64,000 bases of DNA from Laetmonice hystrix (Eukaryota), in the NCBI GenBank assembly GCA_965235115.1, contig OZ249436.1:16618001-16682000 (forward strand), given 5' to 3'. Positions 13,648-27,100 of this stretch are shown here, piece after piece. Within the stretch, counting starts at the first letter, position 1, and each line of letters starts with the position of its first letter. A program made the position numbers and the translations under genes. The notes under the pieces are model-generated. The model was not told the origin of the DNA and made no database searches. It saw only the letters and a program-made list of their open reading frames with translations.

Positions 13648-14102
13648 ATGAAGGGAGGTAGATGTTCTTTGGCAACAAGCGAGGTCAGGCAACGACTGGA
13701 GTCTGGTGTCAATCACCCACGAGGCTCCGCCCACCAAGGCGGAGTTCTATAAATAGTCCTGGGGATTTCCCCGTTGTTGGCTCTGCACACTGACAGGGCC
13801 GGGCCGTGTGTGTCCTGGCCGGGTGCCCATGCAGCCCCCATGCAGCCGCGGTATCCACCCATACACCTGTCGGGGGAGGTTTTTAAACAAAAAATTATTC
13901 TAATAGGGCCTACTATGAATGAAGTGGCGGTGTGGCTGTAGGAAGAAGCCACCCATGGATGCGATGGTATTCATGCTCAGACGGCAAGTTGAGAATTTGG
14001 TGAAGAAAACATGAAAATTCTATTTAAGTCTGTGTTCGAGTGAAAGTTAAACTTGTGCACATGTATTTTAAAATGAAATTTTGTCACCATCATACAACAC
14101 AA

Positions 14103-14365
14103 CAGGGGCGGATCCAGGATTTAGGAAAAGAGGGGCCGGTTGAAATTAAAGGGGGGCCGAGCTGTAGGGTGTCCGGGGGCATGCGGGACAATTTTGGCAT
14201 CTAGAGTATCTGAAATGGCATTTCCTGAAATTTCCTGCATTCTGAGAAAGCAAAATGTTTGCTTTTACAGTTGCAAACAACAAAATTTTGTTTTTTTTTC
14301 TGATTGGTACCCTGACGAAAGGGGGGGGGCGGCCCCCTCGCCCCCCCCCCCTAAATCCGCCCCTG
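14103..14365. mobile_element. Short MITE of the CAGGGGCGGATCC family
   Basis: Termini CAGGGGCGGAT.../...ATCCGCCCCTG with internal poly-G/C. TSD not clearly resolved. Confidence 0.7.
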
Positions 14366-14844
14366 ACACAGTTCGAAGTGACACTGCTGGGACTGTTTTA
14401 GAACCAACTTACTATCGTTAATGGGTTTACAAAGCGCATTATAGGGCTTTGTAAAGGGCTCGCTTGTTGCCTACACTGTTCTTAGGCGGGAAGACGTTGT
14501 TTTGACAGTTTTACACTTCTTTTATTGAAAAATAAAAAATAAAACAAATTTCCAGGTCGGGGGAATTTCAGAGGTCGGGCGGGGACGCTAAATAAGTAAC
14601 TTTTTTATTTGCCCTAACTACAGTCAGTTAGGCAAAGTATTGATTTAAATATAATACTGGACTAGGCCTACTGTAGTTGTTGGGTTACCTACAGACTCAG
14701 GGGCAGATCCAGAGGGGTCGTGGGGGGGGGGGGGGCACCGGACTTAGGCGAGTGCCGGGTAGGCCTACCTATAATTTCCTGGGGGTTCTCAGTTTGGCCG
14801 GGGGGGGGGGGAGGGAAGTACTTCCCTTCGGACTGTATATTATA

Positions 14845-16290
14845 GTTGTTAGGTTGGCATAAGTCACCAGACTGCAGTCGTTGCCTGATCTCGCTTGTTG
14901 CCAAAGAACATCTACCTGACTGTAGTTGTTACGTTGACGTCAGTCACCAGACTGCAGCCGTTGCCTGACCTCGCTTGTTGCCAAAGATCTACCTGACTGT
15001 AGTGGTTAGGTTGACGTAAGTCACCAGACTGCAGTCGTTGCCTGACCTCACTTGTTGCCAAAGAACATCTACCTGACTGTAGTTGTTACGTTGACGTCAG
15101 TCACCAGACTGCAGCCGTTGCCTGACCTCGCTTTTTGCCAAAGAACATCTACCTGACTGTAGTGGTTAGGTTGGCATAAGTCACCAGACTGCAGTCGTTG
15201 CCTGACCTCGCTTGTTGCCAAAGAACATCTACCTGACTGTAGTGGTTAGGTTGGCAAAAGTCACCAGACTGCAGCCGTTGCCTGACCTCGCTTGTTGCCA
15301 AAGAACATCTACCTGACTGTAGTTGTTAGTTTGACGTCAGTCACCAGACTGCAGCCGTTGCCTGACCTCGCTTGTTGCCAAAGAACATCTACCTGACTGT
15401 AGTGGTTAGGTTGGCATAAGTCACCAGACTGCAGCCGTTGCCTGACCTCGCTTGTTGCCAAAGAACATCTACCTGACTGTAGTTGTTACGTTGACGTCAG
15501 TCACCAGACTGCAGTCGTTGCCTGACCTCGCTTGTTGCCAAAGAACATCTACCTGACTGTAGTGGTTAGGTTGGCATAAGTCACCAGACTGCAGTCGTTG
15601 CCTGACCTCGCTTGTTGCCAAAGAACATCTACCTGACTGTAGTGGTTAGGTTGGCATAAGTCACCAGACTGCAGCCGTTGCCTGACCTCGCTTGTTGCCA
15701 AAGAACATCTACCTGACTGTAGTTGTTAGTTTGACGTCAGTCACCAGACTGCAGCCGTTGCCTGACCTCGCTTGTTGCCAAAGAACATCTACCTGACTGT
15801 AGTTGTTAGTTTGACGTCAGTCACCAGACTGCAGCCGTTGCCTGACCTCGCTTGTTGCCAAAGAACATCTACCTGACTGTAGTGGTTAGGTTGGCATAAG
15901 TCACCAGACTGCAGCCGTTGCCTGACCTCGCTTGTTGCCAAAGAACATCTACCTGACTGTAGTTGTTACGTTGACGTCAGTCACCAGACTGCAGTCGTTG
16001 CCTGACCTCGCTTGTTGCCAAAAAACATCTACCTGACTGTAGTTGTTAGGTTGGCATAAGTCACCAGACTGCAGTCGTTGCCTGACCTCGCTTGTTGCCA
16101 AAGAACATCTACCTGACTGTAGTGGTTAGGTTGGCATAAGTCACCAGACTGCAGCCGTTGCCTGACCTCGCTTGTTGCCAAAGAACATCTACCTGACTGT
16201 AGTTGTTACGTTGACGTCAGTCACCAGACTGCAGTCGTTGCCTGACCTCGCTTGTTGCCAAAGAACATCTACCTGACTGTAGTTGTTAGG
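14845..16290 (-). repeat. Left 80-bp TIR-derived tandem array, 18 units
   Basis: The unit end ...TCTACC recurs at 14916, 14993 (3-bp deletion) and then every 80 bp from 15073 to 16273. 52 bp of the unit match TIR positions 1-52. Confidence 0.95.
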
Positions 16291-17624
16291 TTGACATGAG
16301 TCCAGTTAAAATCAATACTTTGCGTAACTGACTGAAAAGTTGTTGGGTTACCCACCGTACTCCCCTCCTGACTGTAGTTGTTATAGGCTGACGTAAGTTA
16401 TGTTATTATTTATACTTTGGCTAACTGACTGTACCTGTTAAGTTACCTACAATACTCTCCTCCTGAATGTATATCGCTTTTAGGTCGACCTATCAGTCCA
16501 CTTAAAATTAACTCTTTTAATGCCATTTCGTAGCTAGGCCTATAGCCCGAAGAAGGTTAACGTAGACTACATTAAAAGTATAGGCCTATAATGTGCAGGA
16601 GACGGGCCAAAAGCATCCATCTTACAGTTACAAACGACTTAGGCCTATGATATTTGTAGTAACTTTAGAACATTTTTTTCTAGCTGGGGCGGACTGATGT
16701 TATATAGACTGATCTAAAAACTTTAAAGTAGGCCTACGTATGCCAAGGAGAAAGGGAATTCAAAACGTATAGATAGGCTGTAAATTGCATGAAAATGTAC
16801 CAAATAATATTTAGTTTTAGTCTATAACTAGGCCCTACCAATGACTATTAGCCTAAAATGTATAATTTTCTGGTGAGAACCAGCCGGCTGGCTCATTTCG
16901 GGAATGACAATTCTAGGTCAGACAGAGGCTGCCAACTGCAACCTGACCCACCACGATATCGGACGGCGTCACCGTCATGGTCAATTTGATGCCTTCAGGA
17001 ACTCATAAAGAAGAGATGCCGACAAATTCTCACTCTCTAGAGAGCTGTCCCTTGTACAACTGCAGCACACAACGTTGTTGAGTTCACCAGTTTTACACGT
17101 GTTGACAGAAGTGCAATACGTCCATGCTGTTTGTTGGGTCATAAAAAAAATATATAGGCTAGCCTATATTGCTCAAATCAATGGAAAAAAATAGTGAAAA
17201 CCCACCCCGATCATTATATATTTTTTATGACATGTCATAATATGTATAGGCCTACGGTGACCATGCCAAGCGTTTGACAGGCATGATTTTAGCAAATATC
17301 TTAAAAATATAGAATATAATTATGATGGAGGAGATCTCTGATAATGACAGGACCATCAAGAAGTGTGAATGCCGAGTGCATGGGTCAGTCACGAGAGTCG
17401 GGAAGAGGGTGCAAGCTTGTAGGCCCGATACTGTAGCAGAATATGGTCACTGCTGAGCTATGCTAGGTCAGTCGGTCGCCTCCCCACCAGCCTCCCTCCA
17501 TCCCTGCGTTATGATTCGTTCTGGTCAATTAGACGCCGATACACAGACGTGCCTGCATGTTACAACCGTTTGCGCGGGAACGCGCGTCTCCACCTAACGG
17601 TCAGAAGGAGATCGAGGCCAGTAA

Positions 17625-18700
17625 GGGGCAGACCATTTAATAGCGGGGGGGGGGGGGGAGGGTATGGTTTTTCCTTCTGACCAAACTTTTTTTTTTGCTT
17701 CCAACAAAAAACAAACAATTTTTTTTTATCCCTAATCAAAAGCAAACAATTTTTTTCCCGAGGTGGCAGAGACAAACTTTTTTTTTCCAGGACATAATTC
17801 TGCAGCAACCATTGTGTTATCCCGTAAATTTCTGTTCCACAGACATAGGCGCCGGAAGATATTCACAGGTGGGCGGGGGGCACCAAATCATAGGTCCCAA
17901 GTTCCAAGTTTTGAAATGCTGGTGATAAGAACGTCGAAGGCGCGAAGTAGGCGCGAAGTCTCGAGCGGGGGGTCTGGGGGCCCTCCCCCGAAAAAAAAAT
18001 TGAAAATTAAAGTGCCAAATACACGTTTTCCTGGCATCTGGGAACAAAATCTAGGCCCTCTGTCGACGGTCTGACCATCTCCTGCCACCTTGGAGCTGGG
18101 GGGAGGGGAACTATATGCTTGCCCCCCAGCTTTTGAGCTGGGAGTGGGGGTGGGGGTGGGGGGGCAACAGGCCGGTTCCTACATAATTATAACATCTCTA
18201 CCACAGCCTTAGGAATATATGATTGTACTGTATTCAGCTTTGAACCATGCAGTACTTTTATAATAGACTATGAAACGAATTGGAAGTTCTAATTGTCTTC
18301 ACAGATTTGTGGGCTTTCAAATATCTTGTAGTGCAAGCGAATGTCTACATAAAACAATTGATCAAGTTATACATACTAGTATTCAATTGCATGTCATAAT
18401 TGTTCAGACTGATATGTTTTACTCAGTATTGTATAGAGTATGCCTAAATAAAACTGGTGACCGAGCGGAGCGAGGAAAATTTTTGGTCTTCTTTTAATTT
18501 TTTAGCAGTTTCGGGCAGATTTTTTTTTATAAATCTGCTTCCTGTCAACAATCTATTTTTTTTCACACACATTGCTAAACAAACTATTTTTTTCACACAC
18601 ATTTGAGAGCAAACTATTTTTTGGGGTAAACTTGGCAAACAAACTTTTTTTTTACGAAAAAACCATACCCCCCCCCCCCAGCTATTAAATGGTCTGCCCC
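17625..18700. mobile_element. PIF/Harbinger-like non-autonomous element, containing a further short insertion at about 17845-18180
   Basis: TIR GGGGCAGACCATTTAATAGC...GGTATGGTTTT mirrored at 18659-18700; TSD TAA at 17622-17624 and 18701-18703. Confidence 0.8.
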
Positions 18701-19347
18701 TAAATGGTTGTTACAGTATAGGCCTAGATCTACATGGTTGGGAGCCATTCTAATCAATTGGATCCAACATATTGATACGACTGTTCTTGTCCGCTCCCTG
18801 ACGAGCTGTATCATAACATAAATATAGAGTTTATAGTAGGCCTATTCAGGGGGCTATTGAGGGGACTCGACGAACAGATCCAAGGTTGTCCCTGGTTAAG
18901 TAGGATAATTGTTAGGCAACACTGAAAATATTGGGGGGGGGGGGGGCTTTAGCCCCGTAGCCCCCTCCCCTTGAATTACGGCCCTGATATAGTATCTATC
19001 ATGCATACATGTGTGCTATCGGGGGGGGGGGGAGACTCCCCTCTCAGCTGTGAAATATGCATTGTGCAGTCTGGGCTCAAAAATTTTTTTTCACTGAAAG
19101 GGGGTGTGCGCCCCCGATCGACCTATCCCCTCCATCCCCTCTTCGATAATTCCTTTAGGCCTAGTGTGTCAAATTGTAAATACGCCAGACACGTTTCAAA
19201 CTCTGCAAAATTGTGGAATTTCTAATAATTATTCTTTAAATTACAGGTAAATGTAATTACAATTTACATGGGATGAGACATGTATACATCGACCAAAGAT
19301 GTATCATACATTGACATACATACATTTGGACATTGGGACATACATAC

Positions 19348-19607
19348 CAGTGGCGGATCCAGGATTTCAGAACAGGATGGGGGGCAAATTTTGTTAGATA
19401 ATCAGTGGCCCATTTGGGTCTGTGGGCCCTTCCCCTAGAATTTATTTTTCAGGAACGTCGGAAACATGTTTTCTGAACATGTAGAGTAGAAATTTCTTCC
19501 AAATTCTTTAACGAAATTCCATTATTTTTAAGCATGAAACATAGAAAATAGACAAGATTTTGGAAAAAGGGGGGCCGGGCTGGGTGCCCCCCCTGGATCC
19601 GCCACTG
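19348..19607. mobile_element. Short MITE (CAGTGGCGGATCCAGG TIR)
   Basis: 16-bp TIR CAGTGGCGGATCCAGG/CCTGGATCCGCCACTG. Confidence 0.75.
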
Positions 19608-20125
19608 CATATACTGTCCTCTTTGGGTGCAGACGTTTGAACGTTACGAATGGACCTGTTTGGTCCAGGCGTACGGTTCGCACCAAGGCTGCATGGATTG
19701 AAACTTTATCTATACATGTTTGCCCTCTCGCTGCAGCCTTCGGAAAATATTACGGATATTATGTTTTTTTTATTCAGAATCGCGGAATTTTTTATTTTTG
19801 TATTTGTATTTTGTATTTTTTTACGGATATTCCGTTGGCAGTTTACGGAAACAATATTACGGAACTCGTTATTTTTACGGAAAATATCCGGTTCCTTTGT
19901 TGCCAGACATTTTCCGTAAATTTAACGGAATTTTCCTAACAGTGTACGATGCACCTATAAGCTTAGCAGTTGACCAGCTATCCGATATTCTGGACTGTAT
20001 TGCTAAGAGTAGGAAACCTCAGGTAGAAGTCTACTCCTCGCCGTAGTGTTTTGCACCTGTCAAATTGTTGCAACATGCACCTCCTTGAAAAGAATCCTGG
20101 ATCCGGCCCTGCTACGCCAGACATT

Positions 20126-20326
20126 CCGGTGGCGGATCCAGCAGGGGGATGGGGGGGGGGGGGCTTAAGGCCCCCCCCCCTATAGCTGACTCCAGGGTTA
20201 TCAGTTTGCATTATGTCTACGGCACACCTAAGAGGTTTGATATAGGCCTACATATACATCAAGCGCCCGGCCCCATCGCAAAATCCTGGATGTATCCCCC
20301 CTTCCAAAATCCTGGATCCGCCCCTG
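20126..20326. mobile_element. Short MITE of the GGCGGATCCAG family, adjacent to another truncated end near 20095-20111
   Basis: CCGGTGGCGGATCCAG...CTGGATCCGCCCCTG termini. Confidence 0.6.
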
Positions 20327-20559
20327 CATTCTTGCATCAGTGGTTTTATCTGTTGCCTGCGTCAGCAGTCACTTTCATGGCCGACTGTTATGTGATCGGT
20401 AGTTAGGTGTGTCTGGGTAATTGGGCGCGATTCACGCCGATTTCGAAGGCCCTTGCGGCTAATTATGGATGTGTGTACTTTATGTAGACGTCATAAGTTA
20501 TTTGTTATTTTTGTCGATTTTTCCAAGGCATGGACCGAGTACCAAGAACCCTACTGTGT

Positions 20560-21240
20560 TGCCGCTAGCATCCTTCGATCATGTGTCTCACAGTTATATT
20601 AGGGGATGCGGCTGATAGACAAACGATAGTAGTGGGGGACAACGAGGAGCTGGCTATTCAATATTGTGAGATGTATACATATTTAGGCAGTATTTTCACA
20701 TGTGATGGGAGAGTAAGTACTTATAGGGAGCATGCTAGGAGTGTCAAGAAGCATCTTATGAAGTTGGTTTCATTTCATAGACGAAACGCGGATATATGTC
20801 TTTTATAGAAGAAGGTAATGGACGCAGCGTTCTTGTCAGCTATTTTGTATGGCTGTGAGAGCTGGTTAAATGTTTCTCATACAGAGATGGACAAGATTTA
20901 CCACTCAGCACTAAAGGCATTAAGTAATATGTGTAAGAACCACGACTGTGAATGATTTGTGCCTGGCAGAGTTAGGGTATCCGCCCCTTAGATACTTCGT
21001 GTTACAGAAACAGAGGCTCTACTTTGAGAAGATGATTAATTCAAGAAGTGGTTTAGATGATGACCCTCTAATGATCGCTATAGATCTAGCACGTAGGGAG
21101 GGTATCTAAAATGGGGGAGGAAATTGTTAGAGGTATAGTATACCGAGTCTGGCGACTATATGACTACAGGGATCAAGTAAGTCAAAGTACGCTACATATA
21201 GAATAACTAACCCTACTCTTGAGGTGTATATATTTGCGTT
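20560..21240 (+). pseudogene. Degenerate non-LTR retrotransposon (LINE) ORF2 fragment, RT C-terminal region
   Basis: Broken translation YTYLGSIFTCDG...AAFLSAILYGCESW...ELGYPPL contains the typical post-RT thumb motifs (YxYLG, LxYGxExW), with stops and frameshifts. Confidence 0.7.
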
Positions 21241-21827
21241 GTGGTGACACATTAAAACCCGGAACATTTGAGAATGCAGTTATTGATAGTTTACTTTTGA
21301 AGAAATATTTTACCGATGTGAATGAGGTAATAAAAATACCCTTAACACTATAAATTTCTCTTGTGTTGGATTCATATGTATCAATTAATATTCACCATAT
21401 ATATAGAAGTACATTATGTTGTTCACGTTTTGATACGAAATTATAGGTTAATATATATCATTTTCCTTCAATTGAGTATTGTCTCTGCAGCCAGAAAGCA
21501 TGGCTCTGCATTGACACTCCCATTTGGACATTTGGACGCCATTTCGTGGTGAAAACTTAGACAAAATTTATCACTGCTAAGGGAAAATTTTAAAATAACG
21601 GTCATGATACAAACATAACAGACGTATGAATAAATGGCATATTGGTATTGATAAGGAATTTTACGCAGGCTACAGCTTGATGTGGCCGTAATTAAAGTAA
21701 ATAAATTATAGGCCCCTGCATAATTAGGCCTATCATACATCATACATCTAGGCAGGTTTAAAGGATGGTATGTTCATGTATATGTTAACCTAACAACCAC
21801 GCTCAGGAAGACAGTATACCCCCCCCC

Positions 21828-23511
21828 CCTACAGGTAACACGCAGTATTCCAGCAATATTACTGGATGGTTGCACGAGTATTGCACTTTGGGTAACATTG
21901 CTGCAACACTATTAGAAGATAGTTAAAGGTAAAAGATTTCAGCAATATTGAGTCAATGTTAGATGCCAGCATAAAGTATACAGTCCTGTTTTACACAGTT
22001 TGAATGTATGTTGATACAGTATTGTAGCAATATGCAGGCGCGTGTCCAGGATTTTCAACAGGGGGGGGGGGTCTCAGAAAAAAAAATTAGGAGCTCTGAG
22101 ACGCGATTCCCCGCCATTTAGGGCTCATTTTAGGGCATATTTTATGGATTCATCGCTCAAGGGGTTCAAAACGGCGGGAATGCTTAGAAAAAATCGCTCA
22201 ATGGGCTCAAAACGGCGGGAATGCTTAGAAAAAATCTATGCTGTGTGAAAGCAGGGGACCCCTGGACCCCCCCCCCCCCGGACACGCGCCTGAGAGTTCA
22301 ACAGAAATTTAATGTATGTTGCCACAGTATATTGCGGCAATATGAGAGTTCAACAGAAATTTAATGTACGTTGCCACAGTATTGCAGCAATATGAGAGTT
22401 CAACAGAAATTTAATGTATGTTGCTGCAGTATTGCAGCAATATTACAATTCAACATTTAGGCCTACATGTAATGTACGTTGCTGCAGTATTACAACAATA
22501 TTACAGTTCAACAGTATTTATATGAAGGCCTATTGCTGTAGTATTGTAGCAATATTATGCTACGGTATTCTGAATGTATGTTGCTGCAGTATTGCAGCAA
22601 TATGAGCAATGATGTAATGATTGGTGTATTTCTCGTGGAACACACATGGATATCTACACGTGGAAATGATCGGTGTATTTTCTCGTGAAATACACGTGGA
22701 TATCTGGGTCCCATGGAAAGAAAAAGTCATATTAAAATATGTAAATGTCTATGATAACATTTTCCCAAAGAAAAACTGGCTAGCTCTGTACGACGATTGA
22801 CTTTGAGAAAGAACCGTTGTGAGAAGCTGAAAGTTTAACAGTACTGGCAACTGGATCAATCGTAGCCAACTTGTCAGCTCTGTGTGTATACAGAGCTGAT
22901 GCTAGGGTGACCCAAAAATCTAGTGAATTTGTTATATTACAATTTCAGAAGCAAAAATTATATCACGAAGTTAGGAGCTTTGCGGTGGTGTAAATCTTTA
23001 AGGCGGTGGTGTAAATCTAGATGAATCTAGATGGTTTTCCGGACGATTTCTTTTTCTAGCGAAATACCCCTTATTACATATGTGGATATGTCCGCAGAAT
23101 GTCACCTGGAGAAATGGAAAACTGGGTGATATGACATGGAAAATGACACTTGTAATGCACATGGATTACTCTGGATATCCACGTGTATTCCACGGGAAAT
23201 CCACGAGTTGTGCCTGCTGGGTATTAGGCCTATAATATTAAGATGATATTGTTTAAATATTGTTCCAGTATAATATCACAATATTATGAAAACACAACTT
23301 GCGAATGTTGCTGCCATGGTACAACATTGGTGCAACAAAATGATCATGCTGCAATAATATTAAAATAATATTGATGGAAAGTTGTGCCAATGTAGGCTAA
23401 TCATAATATTACTGAAAACATTACTGCAACATTCCTGAGTCTTCACCAACATTGCTGCAACGAAATGATCATGTTGCTGCAATGTTACTTGAACATTGCT
23501 TTGTTAGCTGG
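21828..23511. mobile_element. Degenerate CCCAG-terminated (CMC/EnSpm-like) element or elements with (A/G)TTGC-GCAA(T/C) subterminal repeats
   Basis: Right ends ...TGTTAGCTGGG (23511) and ...GCCTGCTGGG (23221); many GCAATATT/ATTGCAGCAAT repeats; the left end is decayed. Confidence 0.4.
22035..22292. mobile_element. Short MITE (CAGGCGCGTGTCC TIR)
   Basis: TIR CAGGCGCGTGTCC/GGACACGCGCCTG, interrupting a local repeat unit GCAATATG|AGAGTTC. Confidence 0.7.
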
Positions 23512-24174
23512 GCCAGCAACTGAAACCAAAAGGTTAACTGAACAACAGTTATAGGAGGGGAGTATTGTGGGTAACCCAAGAACTACAGTCAGTTCGGCAT
23601 AATATTGATTTTAACTGGATTCATGTCAACCAAACAACTACAGTCAGCAGGGGAGTAGGCCTACGGTTGGTAACCCACCAACTATACAGTCAGAAGAGAC
23701 AACTACAGCCAGGAGAGGAGTACTGTAGGTACCGGTGTTTTTTGGCAACACGTAAGGTCAGGCAACGAAAGCAGTCTGGTGACTGACGTCAAACTAACAA
23801 CTACAGTCAGGAGGGGAGTACGGTTGGTATCCCAACAACTAGTCTAAAGTCAGTTAGGCAAAGTATTGATTTTACCTGGACTCATGTCAACCTAACAACT
23901 ACGGTCAGGAGGGAAGTACCTGGCGGATCCAAGGGGGGGGGGGCATGGGGGCACGTGCCCCCTCCCGGCAATATTTCCCAGGAAATTAGGTAGGCCTGTA
24001 TCCGGCGCTCGCCCAGGCCGGGTCCCGCCCCCCCCCCCCCCGGCAACACCCGGTGCGCCCCCCCCCCCCCACGGGAACGACACCTCTGGATCCACCCCTG
24101 ATTAGGCCTACGGTTGGTGACACAACAACTACAGTCAGTTCGCCAAAGTATTGATTTTAACTGGACTCATGTCA

Positions 24175-27100
24175 ACCTAACAACTACAGTCAGGTAGATG
24201 TTTTTTTGGCAACAAGCGAGGTCAGGCAACGACTGCAGTCTGGTGACTGACGTCAAACTAACAACTACAGTCAGGTAGATGTTTTTTGGCAACAAGCGAG
24301 GTCAGGCAACGACTGCAGCCCGGTGACTGACGTCAACGTAACAACTACAGTCAGGTCGATGTTCTTTGGCAACAAGTGAGGTCAGGCAACGACTGCAGCC
24401 TGGTGACTGACGTCAAACAAACAACTACAGTCAGGTAGATGTTCTTTGGCAACAAGTGAGGTCAGGCAACGACTGCAGTCTGGTGACTTATGTCAACGTA
24501 ACAACTACAGTCAGGTAGATGTTCTTTGGCAACAAGCGAGGTCAGGCAACGGCTGCAGTCTGGTGACTGACGTCAAACTAACAACTACAGTCAGGTAGAT
24601 GTTCTTTGGCAACAAGTGAGGTCAGGCAACGACTGCAGTCTGGTGACTGACGTCAACGTAACAACTACAGTCAGGTGGATGTTCTTTGGCAACAAGCGAG
24701 GTCAGGCAACGGCTGCAGTCTGGTGACTGACGTCAAACTAACAACTACAGTCAGGTAGATGTTCTTTGGCAACAAGCGAGGTCAGGCAACGACTGCAGTC
24801 TGGTGACTTATGTCAACGTAACAACTAAAGTCAGGTAGATGTTCTTTGGCAACAAGCGAGGTCAGGCAACGACTGCAGTCTGGTGACTGGCGTCAAACTA
24901 ACAACTGCAGTCAGGTAGATGTTCTTTGGCAACAAGTGAGGTCAGGCAACGACTGCAGTCTGGTGACTGACGTCAACGTAACAACTACAGTCAGGTAGAT
25001 GTTCTTTGGCAACAAGCGAGGTCAGGCAACGACTGCAGTCTGGTGACTGACGTCAAACTAACAACTACAGTCAGGTAGATGTTCTTTGGCAACAAGCGAG
25101 GTCAGGCAACGACTGCAGTCTGGTGACTGACGTCTACCTAACAACTACAGTCAGGTAGATGTTCTTTGGCAACAAGTGAGGTCAGGCAACGACTGCAGTC
25201 TGGTGACTGACGTCAACGTAACAACTACAGTCAGGTAGATGTTCTTTGGCAACAAGCGAGGTCAGGCAACGACCAGGGATGAAAGTTTTCAGGAAATTTC
25301 CTGAAATCAGGAAATTTGAAAAAATCCCCCCCCCCCCCCAAGAAATAACACCCAAAAAAGAAAATAGGCCTAGATCTATAGGCAAAAGAGGTAGGCCTAA
25401 GCCAAGGCTAAGTATTGCCCTGGACTGTGTGGTGGGCAATTAATATCAAATGAAACAATATCCCCTTCCAGGACGTTTTTTAACACCATGCAGCTCAATA
25501 TATCTCTACCTGCCAAAGTTCGTTTATAGATGGGGATATTAGAGTGTCTCAAACCCGTTCAGTGTCACGGGTGCCACCGTGCATAGGCCGGTCTGCCGGG
25601 GGTGCTGGTCCCTGTAGCTGTGGTGACATCGCTCACATAGACCGGCCCGCGTGGGCTGACTTCTACCGGCACGCGGTGGCGTCTGTCCCGTCTGGCAGGC
25701 ACGGCCCCGTGTCGCTGTGGTGAGAGCGACTCACCTCAGGTAATGACTTCAGGCAAAATTGATGGTCAGGCAGCTGCGAAGCCCGTTGATTCAGGCTTGC
25801 CATTATGCCATATCCATGCGCGAGTTTTGCCTGAGCGCTCACTTAGTGAACGAGACTATAGTATAGACAGACCGGTCTGTCTAGTCCCGGCGTTGGTGAT
25901 AGTGATTAGGCTGACGAACTATGCACCATCACAATGTCACTCCTCACAGGAAACTGGGTCAATTTAGTTCTATGAATCTGCCTAGTATATATGTCAGTAA
26001 GTTCTCATAATGTGTTCTTGCATATAAATTTGAGGATAGTGGCATTACGTAAGTGGTTTTCACTGAAGTTTTGGGGTTGTCAGGACTTTTCATTACATTT
26101 GTCGATCAGTGCAGGTGTCCTGATAAGACCGGAAGTGACAATTTTCACAACAACATGAGTGGCACATGGACACACGGGCTGAACCACTCGACTCAGCGAA
26201 GCCTGTGTTGCTTGGCTGAGAGCCGCTGAGGGTCGTGACTGCTGAGGGTCAAGACTGATGGACAGCCTGTGTGGTCAGTCTAACACATGGAAGCTGTTTG
26301 ACAACGTAATCGGTTGCATTTTGGACGCTAAAAGCCGACTGGATTCCAATGTTGGAGAGAGACGGCAGAGCCAGGCAGAGGTTGACATGCACTGACTGTG
26401 ACTGAGTGACAGGCAAGCAACAGCCTTGAACAGGGGCATGGACTGATGAGTGATGGAGTCTATCCAGCAAATTTGCAGGGGTGGGGGGTTGAGGGGGGGG
26501 GGGGTGGCGACTAAATACTGAGGACTAGGCCCTATAATATATAATAGCTAGGAGGCCTTATCGGATCATGATTGTCTGCTGTTCCTAGCCTGACTTTTTT
26601 TAAGGGGGGGGGGGGGGGTAAGCCTTGGATGTGCGCATGAACAAATATTAATTATGGACATTGGCCCCCCCCGCTCCCCCCCCCCCCCCCGGTCAGAATT
26701 TCAGGAAATTTTACAGCTGGCCACTTTCATCCCTGAACGACTGCAGTCTGGTGACTGACGTCAAACTAACAACTACAGTCAGGTAGATGTTCTTTGGCAA
26801 CAAGTGAGGTCAGGCAACGGCTGCAGTCTGGTGACTGACGTCAAACTAACAACTACAGTCAGGTAGATGTTTTTTGGCAACAAGCGAGGTCAGGCAACGA
26901 CTGCAGCCCGGTGACTGACGTCAACGTAACAACTACAGTCAGGTCGATGTTCTTTGGCAACAAGTGAGGTCAGGCAACGACTGCAGCCTGGTGACTGACG
27001 TCAAACAAACAACTACAGTCAGGTAGATGTTCTTTGGCAACAAGTGAGGTCAGGCAACGACTGCAGTCTGGTGACTTATGTCAACGTAACAACTACAGTC

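Noticed and set aside
13740..14050. Transposase or small gene downstream of the left TIR
   Set aside because: Only short unrecognisable ORFs (for example a 31-aa MKWRCGCRKK...) and no DDE-type motifs.
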